Shown: positions 9,482 through 18,315, numbered from the stretch's first letter. The stretch is 64,000 bases of DNA from Lacunisphaera sp. (GCA_046590295.1 JBKJTZ010000108.1:985-64984); one strand, 5' to 3'. The notes: generated by a model not told the origin, from the letters alone. Program-made: numbers and translations.

Positions 9482-9931
9482 ATGGCAACAACCTACGAAA
9501 CCCTCCGCGCCGACATCATCACGGCCATGAAGGCCCGCGATGCGGCCGTCACCACCGCCCTCCGCACCATGGACGCCGCGATCAAACGCGCGGCCATGGA
9601 CGCCAACAAGGAAATCGACGAGGCGCTGGCCGTGGCCGCCCTGCGCAAGGCCGTGAAGAACCTCACCGATGCGCGCACCGAGTTTGAGAAGGGCGGCCGG
9701 GCCGACCTCGTCGCCGCCAACAGCGCCGAGATCGCCATCCTGGAAAAATACCTGCCCAAGGGCCTGGAACCGGCCAAGGTCGAGGCGTTGGTCGCCGAGG
9801 CCATCGCCGCCACCGGTGCGGCCTCGAAGAAGGAAATGGGCAAGGTCATCGCCGCGCTGAAGCAGCGCCCCGAGGCCGCGCTCCTCGACTTCGGCGCCGT
9901 CAGCAAGCTGGTCCAGGCCCGGCTGCCCTAG
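9482..9931 (+). CDS. GatB/YqeY-domain protein
   Basis: In-frame ATG 9482 in ORF 9023..9931. LRADIITAMKARDAAVTTALR...AEIAILEKYLP...KKEMGKVIAALK is the YqeY pattern. Confidence 0.8.
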   Translation: MATTYETLRADIITAMKARDAAVTTALRTMDAAIKRAAMDANKEIDEALAVAALRKAVKNLTDARTEFEKGGRADLVAANSAEIAILEKYLPKGLEPAKVEALVAEAIAATGAASKKEMGKVIAALKQRPEAALLDFGAVSKLVQARLP

Positions 9932-9940
9932 GCAGCCAAT

Positions 9941-10038
9941 GAAAGTGAGAGTGAAGGTGCGGCGTGAAAACACCTGATACCGGCCCTCAGTCGCTCAGTG
10001 AAAGTTAACTTTCACTCCTCCCGCTCACTTTCACTTCC
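9941..10038. promoter_or_regulatory. Structured GTGAAAG-repeat element with a perfect 20-bp palindrome
   Basis: The perfect palindrome AGTGAAAGTTAACTTTCACT lies at 9997-10016. It is flanked by the imperfect inverted arms GAAAGTGAGAGTGAAGG (9941-9957) and CCGCTCACTTTCACTTCC (10021-10038). The element sits immediately 5' of the methyltransferase ATG at 10040. Confidence 0.5.
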
Positions 10039-10039
10039 C

Positions 10040-10837
10040 ATGCCCCTCATCGACCACCTCTTCGCACTCGGTCCCGTCCGCAAGGCCATCTGGAAGCTCT
10101 GGTATCCGTTCCTGACCCGCCGGCTGCGCCACGAGGAGGTGTTGTTTCTCAACTACGCCTTCGAAACCGAGCCGCCGGTGGGCCTGCCGCTGGCGCCGGA
10201 CGACGAGCCCAACCGCGCCTGCATCCAGCTCTATCATCATGTCGCCACCCAGGTCGAACTGCGCGGCAAAAAGGTGCTCGAGATCAGCTGCGGTCACGGC
10301 GGCGGCGCGTCCTTTTTGACCCGCACCTTGCAGCCGGGGCACTACACCGGCCTCGATCTCAATCGCACCGGGGTGGAATTCTGCCAGAGGCGCCATCAGA
10401 TCCCGGGCTTGGATTTCCTTCAAGGGGATGCGCAAAACCTGATGTTTGCGGACCATACCTTCGATGCGGTCATCAACGTCGAGGCCTCGCATTGCTACCC
10501 GGACTTTCCCCGCTTTCTCGCCGAGGCCGCCCGGGTGCTCCGGCCCGGCGGACATTTTCTCTACGCCGACTTCCGCTTCAGCGACGGCCTGCCCGCATGG
10601 GAGCAGGCGCTGGCGTCGGCGCCGATGCAGCTGGTGCAATCACGCGTCATCAACCCCGAGGTGCTGCGGGGCATGGACGCAAACTCGGCGCGCTCCCAGG
10701 CGCTCATCGTGCGGCACCTGCCAAAATTCCTCCACCCGCTCGGCCGCGACTTTGCGGGCATCAAGGGCTCGCGCATCTACGCCGCCCTGCAACGCGGCGG
10801 GCTGTCCTACCGGTCGTATTGCTTCCAAAAATTGTAG
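10040..10837 (+). CDS. Class I SAM-dependent methyltransferase
   Basis: ORF 9998..10837 trimmed to ATG 10040. It has the SAM motif I VLEISCGHGGG and the post-I LDLN, then FDAVINVEASHCY and LRPGGHFLYADF. Confidence 0.75.
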   Translation: MPLIDHLFALGPVRKAIWKLWYPFLTRRLRHEEVLFLNYAFETEPPVGLPLAPDDEPNRACIQLYHHVATQVELRGKKVLEISCGHGGGASFLTRTLQPGHYTGLDLNRTGVEFCQRRHQIPGLDFLQGDAQNLMFADHTFDAVINVEASHCYPDFPRFLAEAARVLRPGGHFLYADFRFSDGLPAWEQALASAPMQLVQSRVINPEVLRGMDANSARSQALIVRHLPKFLHPLGRDFAGIKGSRIYAALQRGGLSYRSYCFQKL

Positions 10838-10857
10838 GGCGGGATCGCTGAACCCGC
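10837..10857. repeat. Short hairpin repeat, copy a
   Basis: GGGCGGGATCGCTGAACCCGC starts at the last base of the methyltransferase TAG stop codon (10835-10837). It is 19/21 identical to 16818-16838. Confidence 0.55.
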
Positions 10858-10925
10858 GACGACTGGGGCCTGGCCTTCGCCCTCAGGCAGGATCAGCGCT
10901 TCCGCCCTGCCCTCCGACCGCCCGT

Positions 10926-12974
10926 TCAACCCGCGGCGGCGCGCAGGAGCAGCCAGAAACCGCCCAAAATGGCAAACGACACGAACAGGCACGCAATGAA
11001 GCCGATGGTGTCCACCTTGTCCCACTTGCCAAATTCCCACTGCGAGCCGGCCCCGAGCAGCTTGGTCTGGTCGTAGCGCCGTGGCGTGCGCATGGTTTCG
11101 GCCATGGCCGCCTCTTCCAGCTCCGGGGTGGCGCCGACCGGCGTCTTCATCTTGCCGAAGAACTGGTCGGTGCGCTCCCGTTCGGGCTGCCGCGTGAAGA
11201 GGCTGACGAGTATGAGCACCAGGAACGGGAACACCCCGTCGTAGATGAATCGGGCTGCATTCCGCTGGCTGCCGGTGAGGGCGGCGACATTGAGACCGGC
11301 CTTGCCGAGCACATAGAGCTCGAGGTGGAAGCGCTTGCCGCCGACCAGCGGACTCGTCAGGTCGTTGGGCGTCTCGCGCACGACCGTCTCAAAATACACC
11401 GGCAAAAGGCGGCCGTCCTGCTCGACCTGTTGCGTCAGGGCCGGGGAATGGGTGATGGCGCCGACCTGCGTCGCGATGATCGACGGGATGATGATGTTCA
11501 GCAGCGCCGAGATGACCACTGCCGCCCACACCGCGGACAGCGTCAGGCGCCGCCAGAAGAAGATCAGCATCACGGAGGCGCCAAACGGCACATTGACGGT
11601 CAGCAGCAGCTGCACGACCGAGTAGACATCGCTCATGTTTACCGCCGCGTAGACGCCGATCGCGAGGATCGCGATGATGGCATAGCGGCCCACGGCGACC
11701 ATGCCCGCCTCGGTGGTGTCGGGCTTCAGGTATTTGTAGATGTTGCGCACGAACAGGGCCGACACCGCCATGGTCTGCGAAGCGATGGTGGACATGTTGG
11801 CGGCGAGGAGGCCGGCCATCATCAGGCCGAGGAAGCCGGGCTTGAGCAGCAGCAGTGCCATCGAGCCCCAGGTCGAGTCCGGGTCGGACAGAGCCGAGCC
11901 GCCCTGGAACAGCGCGATGGCGATCAGGCCGCAGAAGGCCCACATGATGATCATCACGCGTTTGGCGTAGGTGCCGGACACCGCGCCGAAGCGGGCGGCA
12001 AACTCATTCTTCGCCGAGCCGGAGACACTCATGTTGCCGATGATGCCGTGGATCTGGATGATCGAGATGAGAAAGATGCCCGTGAGTTCCCAGCCCCCGA
12101 CGCCCCCGACGCCGGTGCCGAGCAGATTGAACATGTCGGGCGGCACCTTTTGGGCGAGTTGGTCCCAGCCCCCGATGGCCGTGAGGCCGAACGGGATCAA
12201 CATGAAGGAAAACACCACGATCAACACGCCCTGGAACGCCTCGTTGGCCGCCGTCGCCGCCATGCCGCCCATGACAATATAGGTGCCGACGATGAGCGTG
12301 TAGACGAGGTAATAGGTCCACTTGCCGGTGCTGCTGTCGAGCCACGAGATATAGCTGCGCAGGGTGCCGCGGGCGTTCTGGTCGCGCAAGACGCCGAGCC
12401 GCGCGGTCTCCGCCGGGGCGAGCGTGCCGGCCGCGTTACCGGCCTGGAGGACCTTGAACTCGCGGTAGCCGTCGACCGAGGCCCGTTCCTCCGCCGTCCA
12501 CTCCGTCGCGGGCTTGACCATGAGCGACGAGGTCACCTTGTAACCGACGAGATTGCCGAACCCGATGATGACGATGACCGTCGCGAACACCTGGAAGATG
12601 GCGTAGAACCGCGCCAGTGGCCGGCTGCCAAAACGGTCCTCGAACAGCTCCGCGACCGTGACGAGCCGCACGCGGCGGAACCAGGCGTTCATGAACCAGT
12701 AGTAGGGGTTCATGAACAGCGTCTGCAGCGAGAGCCACACGCCCGACGCGCCCTTCTGGTAGACGAGGCTCGCGGTGCTGACGGCGCCGTTCGCATCCGT
12801 CGCGTTGCCGAAGTTCAGGAAGAACTGGTAGAGCTTGCCCAGCTTGCGGCCCGCAAGAAAAAAATCCTCCTGGTTCGAAGCCGCCGATGCCGATGCCCGG
12901 CGGCCGACATAGATGACCACGGCCAGGTAGGCGAAAATCATGAACACATCAAGCGGATGCAGGCTTCCGATCAT
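10926..12974 (-). CDS. Sodium:solute symporter family (SSF) transporter
   Basis: 682-aa polytopic protein. FFLAGRKLG..., repeated hydrophobic segments and overall architecture are typical of SSF/SLC5. The substrate cannot be assigned. Confidence 0.8.
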   Translation of the reverse strand: MIGSLHPLDVFMIFAYLAVVIYVGRRASASAASNQEDFFLAGRKLGKLYQFFLNFGNATDANGAVSTASLVYQKGASGVWLSLQTLFMNPYYWFMNAWFRRVRLVTVAELFEDRFGSRPLARFYAIFQVFATVIVIIGFGNLVGYKVTSSLMVKPATEWTAEERASVDGYREFKVLQAGNAAGTLAPAETARLGVLRDQNARGTLRSYISWLDSSTGKWTYYLVYTLIVGTYIVMGGMAATAANEAFQGVLIVVFSFMLIPFGLTAIGGWDQLAQKVPPDMFNLLGTGVGGVGGWELTGIFLISIIQIHGIIGNMSVSGSAKNEFAARFGAVSGTYAKRVMIIMWAFCGLIAIALFQGGSALSDPDSTWGSMALLLLKPGFLGLMMAGLLAANMSTIASQTMAVSALFVRNIYKYLKPDTTEAGMVAVGRYAIIAILAIGVYAAVNMSDVYSVVQLLLTVNVPFGASVMLIFFWRRLTLSAVWAAVVISALLNIIIPSIIATQVGAITHSPALTQQVEQDGRLLPVYFETVVRETPNDLTSPLVGGKRFHLELYVLGKAGLNVAALTGSQRNAARFIYDGVFPFLVLILVSLFTRQPERERTDQFFGKMKTPVGATPELEEAAMAETMRTPRRYDQTKLLGAGSQWEFGKWDKVDTIGFIACLFVSFAILGGFWLLLRAAAG

Positions 12975-13171
12975 AGGGGTAAGTAGGCTGGGGGGTGACG
13001 GGCGAGAAAGCTCCGGTCAATCCATCGGACCGGAGCGCCTCTGGCAGGGTATAATCACTTTGACAGTAAGACTGATGCCGCGGGCCCGGTGGATCGCGAG
13101 GGGATTTTTGGTCGGAAGGCCCGGGGCTCTCCTGCCTTGTCACTCCCCTGCCGAGCCGTCCTTGTGACACC

Positions 13172-15826
13172 GTGTCCCCGCTACCACCCGCCCCCCTCGC
13201 TCCGTTGACCGGATTCCCCGCTCCGGAAGCCGTGCTGGACCGGTTCCTGGCCGCGATGGCGGCCAAGGGCCTGACGCTCTACCCGGAGCAGGAGGAGGCG
13301 ATCCTCGAGCTTTTCGCCGGCAAAAACGTCATCCTCAACACGCCGACCGGCTCGGGCAAATCGCTCGTCGCGGCCGCGCTGCACTTCAAGGCCCTCTGCG
13401 CCGGCCAGCGGTCCGTCTACACCTGCCCGATCAAGGCGCTGGTGAACGAAAAATTTCTCAGCCTCTGCCGTGACTTCGGCCCGGAGCACGTGGGCATGAT
13501 GACGGGCGACGCTGCCGTGAACCCCCAGGCCCTCGTGCTCTGCTGCACGGCCGAGATCCTCGCCAACATCGCCCTCACCCGCGGCGACCGTGCCAACGTC
13601 GCGGCGGTCATCATGGACGAGTTCCACTACTACTCCGATGCGGAGCGCGGCTACGCCTGGCAGGTGCCGCTGCTCACGCTGCCGCAGGCGCGCTTTCTGC
13701 TCATGTCGGCCACGCTCGGCGCGACCGAATTCTTCGAGCGGGACCTGACCCGCCTGACCGGTGCGCCCAGCCTCACCGTCCGCAGTGACCGCCGACCGGT
13801 GCCGCTCGCCTTCGAGTATTCCGAGACGCCGCTCGCCGAACGCGTGGCCGACCTGCTCGCCACCAACCGGGCCCCGGTCTATCTCGTGCATTTCACGCAG
13901 CGGGCCGCCGCCGAGGCGGCGCAGTCGCTCATGAGTCTCGCGGTCTGCTCGAAGGAGGAGAAGGCCGTCCTCGCCTCCGAGCTCGAGCGGGTGAAATTCA
14001 ACAGCCCTTACGGCAAGGACATGAAACGCTGGCTGCGCCACGGCATCGGCGTGCACCACGCCGGGTTGTTGCCGAAATACCGCCTCCTCGTCGAGGCCCT
14101 TGCGCAAAAGGGACTCCTCAAGCTCATCTGCGGCACCGACACCCTTGGCGTCGGCATCAACGTCCCGATCCGCACCGTCCTCTTCACCCAGCTCTGGAAA
14201 TACGACGGCCAGAAATCCGCCATCCTCAGTGTGCGTGATTTCCGCCAGGTCGCCGGGCGTGCCGGGCGCGCCGGCTTCGACGACCAGGGCTATGTCATCG
14301 CCCAGGCGCCCGAGCATTTCATCGACAACAAGCGCGCCGAGGCCAAGGCCGCCACCGATCCTGCCAAGAAGAAGAAACTCGTGAAGCAGTCCGCGCCGGA
14401 GGGCTCCGTGGTCTGGGATGCGAAGACCTATGAGCGGCTCAAGACCGCCGCGCCCGAGGAGCTCGTGTCCCGCTTTGAAGTCTCGCACGGCATGCTGCTG
14501 CTCGTGCTCAGCCGCGCCACCGACGGCTGCCGCGCGCTGCGGGACCTGATCAACGACTGCCACGAGCGCCCGACGAAAAAGGCCGCCCTGCGCCGCCGCG
14601 CCTGGCAGCTCTTCCGCGCGCTGCTCGACCGGAAGATCGTGGAAATCATCCCGCGCGCAGATGTAGTGGCGTCGCTTGACGACGCCCGCTCCGACGCCAC
14701 CGGGCACAACGCAGGGGCGCCCCTTGTGGACGCGCACGGGCGCCGGCCAGCGGCGCCCCAACCAAGCAAGCTTCGCGTCAACGTCGAGCTGCAGGACGAT
14801 TTCTCCCTGCACCAGGCGCTCTCGCTCTACCTGATCGACACGCTGCCGCAGCTCGACCGCGAAAGCCCGGACTACCCGTTCGACGTGCTCACGCTCTGCG
14901 AGGCCATCGTCGAGGATCCCGACCAGATCCTGCGGCGGCAGGTCGACAAACAGAAGACGCTCAAGATCAACGAGTGGAAAGCCGCCGGCATCCCCTACGA
15001 CGAGCGCATGGCCAGGCTGGAGGAAGTCGAGCACCCGAAGCCGCTGCGCGAGTTCCTCTACGAGACCTTCAACGCCTTCGCGGCCGCGCACCCGTGGATC
15101 GAGCAGGCGAATGTCCGGCCCAAGTCCATCGCCCGCGAGATGTTCGAGCGCTACCAGTCGTTCGCCGACTACGTGCGCGACTACGGCCTCGAACGCACCG
15201 AGGGCCTGCTGCTCCGCCACCTCATGCAGGCGTGGAAAGTCCTCGCCCAGACCGTGCCCGCCGGCGCCAAGACCGAGGCCGTGGTCGAGATGGAGGACTA
15301 TTTCCGTGAACTCATCCGCGGCATCGACTCCAGCCTGCTCGACGAGTGGGAGCGCCTCAAGAACCCGGAGTTCATCGCCGCGGAGAACAGTGACAAGCCT
15401 GCGCGCCCCGCCAGCTACGACATCACCCGCGACGGCGCTGCTTTCAAGCGCCTCGTCCGCACCGCCGTCCTCGGTTTCCTCCAAGACGTCAACGCCCGCG
15501 ACTGGGAAGCGGCGCTAGCGAGGCTCGCTACTGTAGCCGCGGTCGCCGACCCCGGTCTTTCCGCCGAGTCCCGCCGGATCGAAAAAGAATTCGCCGCCTA
15601 CTTCGACGTCCGCGGCCGCTTCCGCCTCGATCCCGAGGGTCGCTCGGCGTTGAACACGCACATCAATGAGGATGGCCAGAACTGGCTGCTCGCCCAGATG
15701 CTGATCGACCCGGAAGGATTGAACGACTGGGAAGCACGTTTCACCGTCTCACTGGCCGAATCACGCGCCACCAACGCCGTCGTGTTGCGCTTCGAAAGTG
15801 TCGGAGTGGTGGGTGGACCACGGTAG
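13172..15826 (+). CDS. Superfamily-2 DExH helicase with long C-terminal extension (SftH-like / DUF3516-type)
   Basis: GTG start. It has motif I TPTGSGKS, motif II DEFH, motif III SATLG and motif VI-like [12 protein letters not shown]-terminal region of about 450 aa matches the architecture described for mycobacterial SftH. Confidence 0.8.
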   Translation: MSPLPPAPLAPLTGFPAPEAVLDRFLAAMAAKGLTLYPEQEEAILELFAGKNVILNTPTGSGKSLVAAALHFKALCAGQRSVYTCPIKALVNEKFLSLCRDFGPEHVGMMTGDAAVNPQALVLCCTAEILANIALTRGDRANVAAVIMDEFHYYSDAERGYAWQVPLLTLPQARFLLMSATLGATEFFERDLTRLTGAPSLTVRSDRRPVPLAFEYSETPLAERVADLLATNRAPVYLVHFTQRAAAEAAQSLMSLAVCSKEEKAVLASELERVKFNSPYGKDMKRWLRHGIGVHHAGLLPKYRLLVEALAQKGLLKLICGTDTLGVGINVPIRTVLFTQLWKYDGQKSAILSVRDFRQVAGRAGRAGFDDQGYVIAQAPEHFIDNKRAEAKAATDPAKKKKLVKQSAPEGSVVWDAKTYERLKTAAPEELVSRFEVSHGMLLLVLSRATDGCRALRDLINDCHERPTKKAALRRRAWQLFRALLDRKIVEIIPRADVVASLDDARSDATGHNAGAPLVDAHGRRPAAPQPSKLRVNVELQDDFSLHQALSLYLIDTLPQLDRESPDYPFDVLTLCEAIVEDPDQILRRQVDKQKTLKINEWKAAGIPYDERMARLEEVEHPKPLREFLYETFNAFAAAHPWIEQANVRPKSIAREMFERYQSFADYVRDYGLERTEGLLLRHLMQAWKVLAQTVPAGAKTEAVVEMEDYFRELIRGIDSSLLDEWERLKNPEFIAAENSDKPARPASYDITRDGAAFKRLVRTAVLGFLQDVNARDWEAALARLATVAAVADPGLSAESRRIEKEFAAYFDVRGRFRLDPEGRSALNTHINEDGQNWLLAQMLIDPEGLNDWEARFTVSLAESRATNAVVLRFESVGVVGGPR

Positions 15827-15838
15827 CAACTGTCTTGC

Positions 15839-16566
15839 TCAGGCCGGAGGGGAAGAGTCGTCCTTGAGGAGGCCGTTGAGGAAGATGAGGAGTTTGCGGG
15901 CGACAGCGATGAGGGCGAGTTTGGGTGGTTTGCCATTGGCGCGGAGACGTTGGTACAATGGCCGGAGGTGCTCGTTGTGGCGGGCGGCGACCAAGGCGGC
16001 CTGGAAGAGGGCGCGGCGGACGCTGGCGCGGCCGTGGGCGATGTGCCGGCGAGCTTGGCGGCGGCCCGCGCGTTGAGCCGTCCGAGTTCGGGGAACTCGG
16101 CGACGAGCGTCAGGGCGGTCTGCTCGCCAACGCCGCAGACCAGGCAGAGGGTCTGCATCCGGTCGCGCAGGATGGCGTGCGCCTCGACGTGGGCGAGGAC
16201 CTGGGCGTCCAAGCTGGTGAGGAGCCGGTCCCAGTGGGCGCCCTGCCGTTGGGTGAGCCGGCGCAGGTCCGGGTCGTCGAGCAGTTCAAGCCGGTTGCGC
16301 TCGATCTGCCACCACCCGGCATAATGGGCGCGCGTGCGCACCAGCTGCTGCAGGCGCAGCAGCGCCGGATCCGGCGGCGGCGCAGGCGAGCAACGGGCGT
16401 TCATAACCGCCGTTGGGCTCACAGATGATCTGGGTGCCGGGAGCGAGGCGGTGCAGCCAGCGCCGGAGGGCGGCGGGCTGGTTGGGCACGACGAGTTGCG
16501 GTGGCCATCGTCGGTTTGGAGCGTGTGTTTGGCGACATCAACTCCGAGGGACAGGAAGGTGGACAT
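15839..16566 (-). pseudogene. IS110-family transposase, decayed (at least 2 frameshifts plus an internal deletion)
   Basis: The homology is split over three frames. The N-terminus is MSTFLSLGVDVAKHTL (16566 downwards). Next comes PNQPAALRRWLHRLAPGTQIICEPNGGYERPLL in another frame. Then LRLQQLVRTRAHYAGWWQIERNRLE...GVGEQTALTLVAEFPELGRLNARAAAKLAG. My own translation gives the tail HIAHGRASVRRALFQAALVAARHNEHLRPLYQRLRANGKPPKLALIAVARKLLIFLNGLLKDDSSPPA* ending at 15839-15841. It spans about 242 codons, against roughly 330-400 for intact members. The segment that normally follows the N-terminal domain is missing. Confidence 0.75.
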
Positions 16567-16705
16567 GACTCGGCCTTGTTTTGGCGAGCTCACGGCCCAA
16601 GGGCCGTGGCTCTGGCAACGGTTCGAGTTAACGGACCCTGGCCGGCGCGGATCTGGCTACCGCACGAGCTGTTTGGACTCGTAGGGCGGACGATCTCGGT
16701 CGACC

Positions 16706-16735
16706 GCTGGGACCGGCCTGCAGGCCGGTCCCAGC
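16706..16735. repeat. Perfect 30-bp palindrome upstream of the IS110 relic
   Basis: GCTGGGACCGGCCTGCAGGCCGGTCCCAGC. I verified base by base that it is its own reverse complement. Confidence 0.85.
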
Positions 16736-16817
16736 ACCATGGCGGCCTTCAAGCGGAACAGACTTCATCTCAAGGGCCATCATCGCACCCGCATCTTACT
16801 ACAGATTGAATCAACAA

Positions 16818-16838
16818 GGGCGGGGTCGCTGATCCCGC
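16818..16838. repeat. Short hairpin repeat, copy b
   Basis: GGGCGGGGTCGCTGATCCCGC has the GGCGGG/CCCGCC stem. It is 19/21 identical to 10837-10857. Confidence 0.55.
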
Positions 16839-16866
16839 CTCTAGGTGACTACCGCCGGCCGGGCAG

Positions 16867-16894
16867 TAAAAAGCCGCGCCCATCGGCGCGGCTT
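16867..16894 (-). terminator. Rho-independent terminator of the small Cys-rich protein gene
   Basis: The minus strand reads AAGCCGCGCC-gatg-GGCGCGGCTT followed by TTTTT. It lies about 28 nt after the stop at 16922-16924. Confidence 0.65.
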
Positions 16895-16921
16895 GAGCGG
16901 GAAGTGAAATCGCTGGGGCGA

Positions 16922-17152
16922 TTACTTCTTCTCTTCCTTCTTCTCTTCCTTCGGCGCGCCGCACTTCTCGCAACCCTTGCCGTCCTTGGCGGCCGCGACG
17001 CAGCACTCGTGGCCGCACTTCTCGCCCTTCTTTTCGGCGTTCATGCAGCACTTGGCCTTGGCCGCTTCCTTGTGGGCTTCCACGGCGTTGACGAAGTTGA
17101 CGGTGACAAAGCTGGCCACGGCCAGCGCGAGCAGGAGACGGATGTTTTTCAT
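16922..17152 (-). CDS. Small secreted Cys/Lys-rich protein (76 aa)
   Basis: ORF 16922..17233(-) trimmed to ATG 17152. The sequence is MKNIRLLLALAVASFVTVNFVNA|VEAHKEAAKAKCCMNAEKKGEKCGHECCVAAAKDGKGCEKCGAPKEEKKEEKK. It has a clear signal peptide, seven Cys (two CC pairs) and its own terminator. Confidence 0.55.
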   Translation of the reverse strand: MKNIRLLLALAVASFVTVNFVNAVEAHKEAAKAKCCMNAEKKGEKCGHECCVAAAKDGKGCEKCGAPKEEKKEEKK

Positions 17153-17185
17153 ATTGGGGATGGGGGTTGAACTGGACCAAGTGAC

Positions 17186-17259
17186 TGGTGCGGGCGGCGG
17201 GAGTCGAACCCGCCTCTCATGTATGGGAAACACGCATAATACCGATATACTACGCCCGC
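17186..17259 (-). tRNA. tRNA-Gly (anticodon CCC)
   Basis: The minus strand reads GCGGGCGTAGTATATCGGTATTATGCGTGTTTCCCATACATGAGAGGCGGGTTCGACTCCCGCCGCCCGCACCA. The 7-bp acceptor stem is GCGGGCG/CGCCCGC. The anticodon stem is CGTGT/ACATG with loop TTCCCAT. The T-arm is GCGGG-TTCGACT-CCCGC, and CCA is encoded. Confidence 0.9.
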
Positions 17260-17305
17260 AAAGAACCGAGTCCGGACTAAAAGCGTCCCGGACCCCGGCG
17301 GCAAG

Positions 17306-17908
17306 TCATGAATAGTCCCGGCGGGCGTCGAGCGCGCTTTTCAGGGTGACCGCGTCAGCATAAAGCACCCCGCTGCCGCTCGGCAGGCCGAAGCCGATCC
17401 TCGTGACCTTCACGCCGTCCTTCGGCAGTCGCTCCAGCAGGTAATGACAGGTCGCCTCGCCCTCGACGTCGTTGGAGAGGGCGAGAATGAGCTCGGTGAT
17501 CTCGCCAGCGTTCATACGCTGGAGCAACCCGCTGAGGTTGAGGTCCTCCGGCGCGACGCCGCGGATCGGCGAGAGCTTGCCGTGCAGGACATGGTAACGG
17601 CCACGGTAGGCGCCCGAGCGTTCGATGGCGGCGAGGTCAGGCACGTATTCCACGACACAGACCTGGCCCGCGGGACGCTTTTCGTCCGTGCAGACAGGAC
17701 AAAGCTCCTCCTCAGAGAGATTGCCGCACGCCGTGCAGCGCCGGACTTTCTGGGCGGCGGACTCCAGGGCCGCCACGAGTTCGGGCAGCCGCCCGGGCTT
17801 TTCGACCAGCAGGTGCAGCGCGATGCGCTCGGCCGACCGGTAGCCGATCCCGGGGAGCTGTTTCAGCTGCTTCTGCAGAGTCTCGAGGGCGGGAGTCATG
17901 AAAGGCAT
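17306..17908 (-). CDS. recR: Recombination protein RecR
   Basis: It has the helix-hairpin-helix LPGIGYRSAERIALHL, the zinc finger C..C(x)..CPVC, and a Toprim region ELILALSNDVEGEATCHYL. Confidence 0.9.
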   Translation of the reverse strand: MPFMTPALETLQKQLKQLPGIGYRSAERIALHLLVEKPGRLPELVAALESAAQKVRRCTACGNLSEEELCPVCTDEKRPAGQVCVVEYVPDLAAIERSGAYRGRYHVLHGKLSPIRGVAPEDLNLSGLLQRMNAGEITELILALSNDVEGEATCHYLLERLPKDGVKVTRIGFGLPSGSGVLYADAVTLKSALDARRDYS

Positions 17909-17910
17909 TC

Positions 17911-17986
17911 CCGCGGATTACGCGGAGAAAGACACGGATAAAAACAAATCCCTCAGTCTATCCGCGTTTATCCGTGTCATCCGCGG
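17911..17986. repeat. Composite inverted repeat in the ybaB-recR spacer
   Basis: GACACGGATAAA (17931-17942) pairs with TTTATCCGTGTC (17967-17978) as a perfect 12-bp inverted repeat. The outer pair is CCGCGGAT (17911-17918) and ATCCGCGG (17979-17986). Extra CGCGGA/TCCGCG words are also present. Confidence 0.6.
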
Positions 17987-18006
17987 TTGTTCGAATGATT
18001 CAATTC

Positions 18007-18315
18007 TCAAAACATTCCCGGCATCTGGAACGCCGAGGAGATTTTCTGCATCTCGGACTCGTTGAGTTCCTTCGCCTTCTGCGCGGCCTCCTGCACGGCG
18101 TTAAGGATGGTCTCCTCGATGAACTTCGGCTCCTCCTTGAGGAACTCGGGGTCGAGCTTGAACGAGAGGAACTTGCCCGCGCCGTTGATCTGCACCTGCA
18201 CGGCGCCACCGCCGCTGGACACGTCGATCACCTGCGCGCCGAGCGATGATTGCATCGTCTCGATCTGCTTCTGCATTTTCTGGGCTTGTTTAAGGAGTTT
18301 GCCTACGCCGGCCAT
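18007..18315 (-). CDS. ybaB: Nucleoid-associated protein YbaB/EbfC
   Basis: MAGVGKLLKQAQKMQKQIETMQ...GGGAVQVQINGAGKFLSFKLDPE is the canonical YbaB sequence. It sits in the usual position upstream of recR. Confidence 0.9.
   Translation of the reverse strand: MAGVGKLLKQAQKMQKQIETMQSSLGAQVIDVSSGGGAVQVQINGAGKFLSFKLDPEFLKEEPKFIEETILNAVQEAAQKAKELNESEMQKISSAFQMPGMF

Noticed and set aside
10446-12986. Very long ORFs antisense to recognisable genes. Examples are 10446..12986(+) 846 aa, 13181..15484(-) 767 aa, 46771..48744(-) 657 aa, 50655..52475(-) 606 aa, 55380..57695(+) 771 aa, 30404..32032(-) 542 aa, 54254..55759(-) 501 aa and 1005..2222(-) 405 aa.
   Set aside because: Each lies opposite a gene with clear conserved motifs (symporter, helicase, ligase-like protein, sugar transferase, clpX, carbamoyltransferase and so on). 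Their translations are R/G/A/P-rich low-complexity text, typical of stop-codon-poor antisense frames in high-G+C DNA.
13010-13055. A hairpin GCTCCGGTC-n9-GACCGGAGC (13010-13036) and a TATAAT hexamer (13050-13055) in the symporter/helicase divergent spacer, considered as a promoter or riboswitch.
   Set aside because: No convincing -35 element lies at the proper spacing, and nothing resembles a known riboswitch core. This is too weak to annotate.
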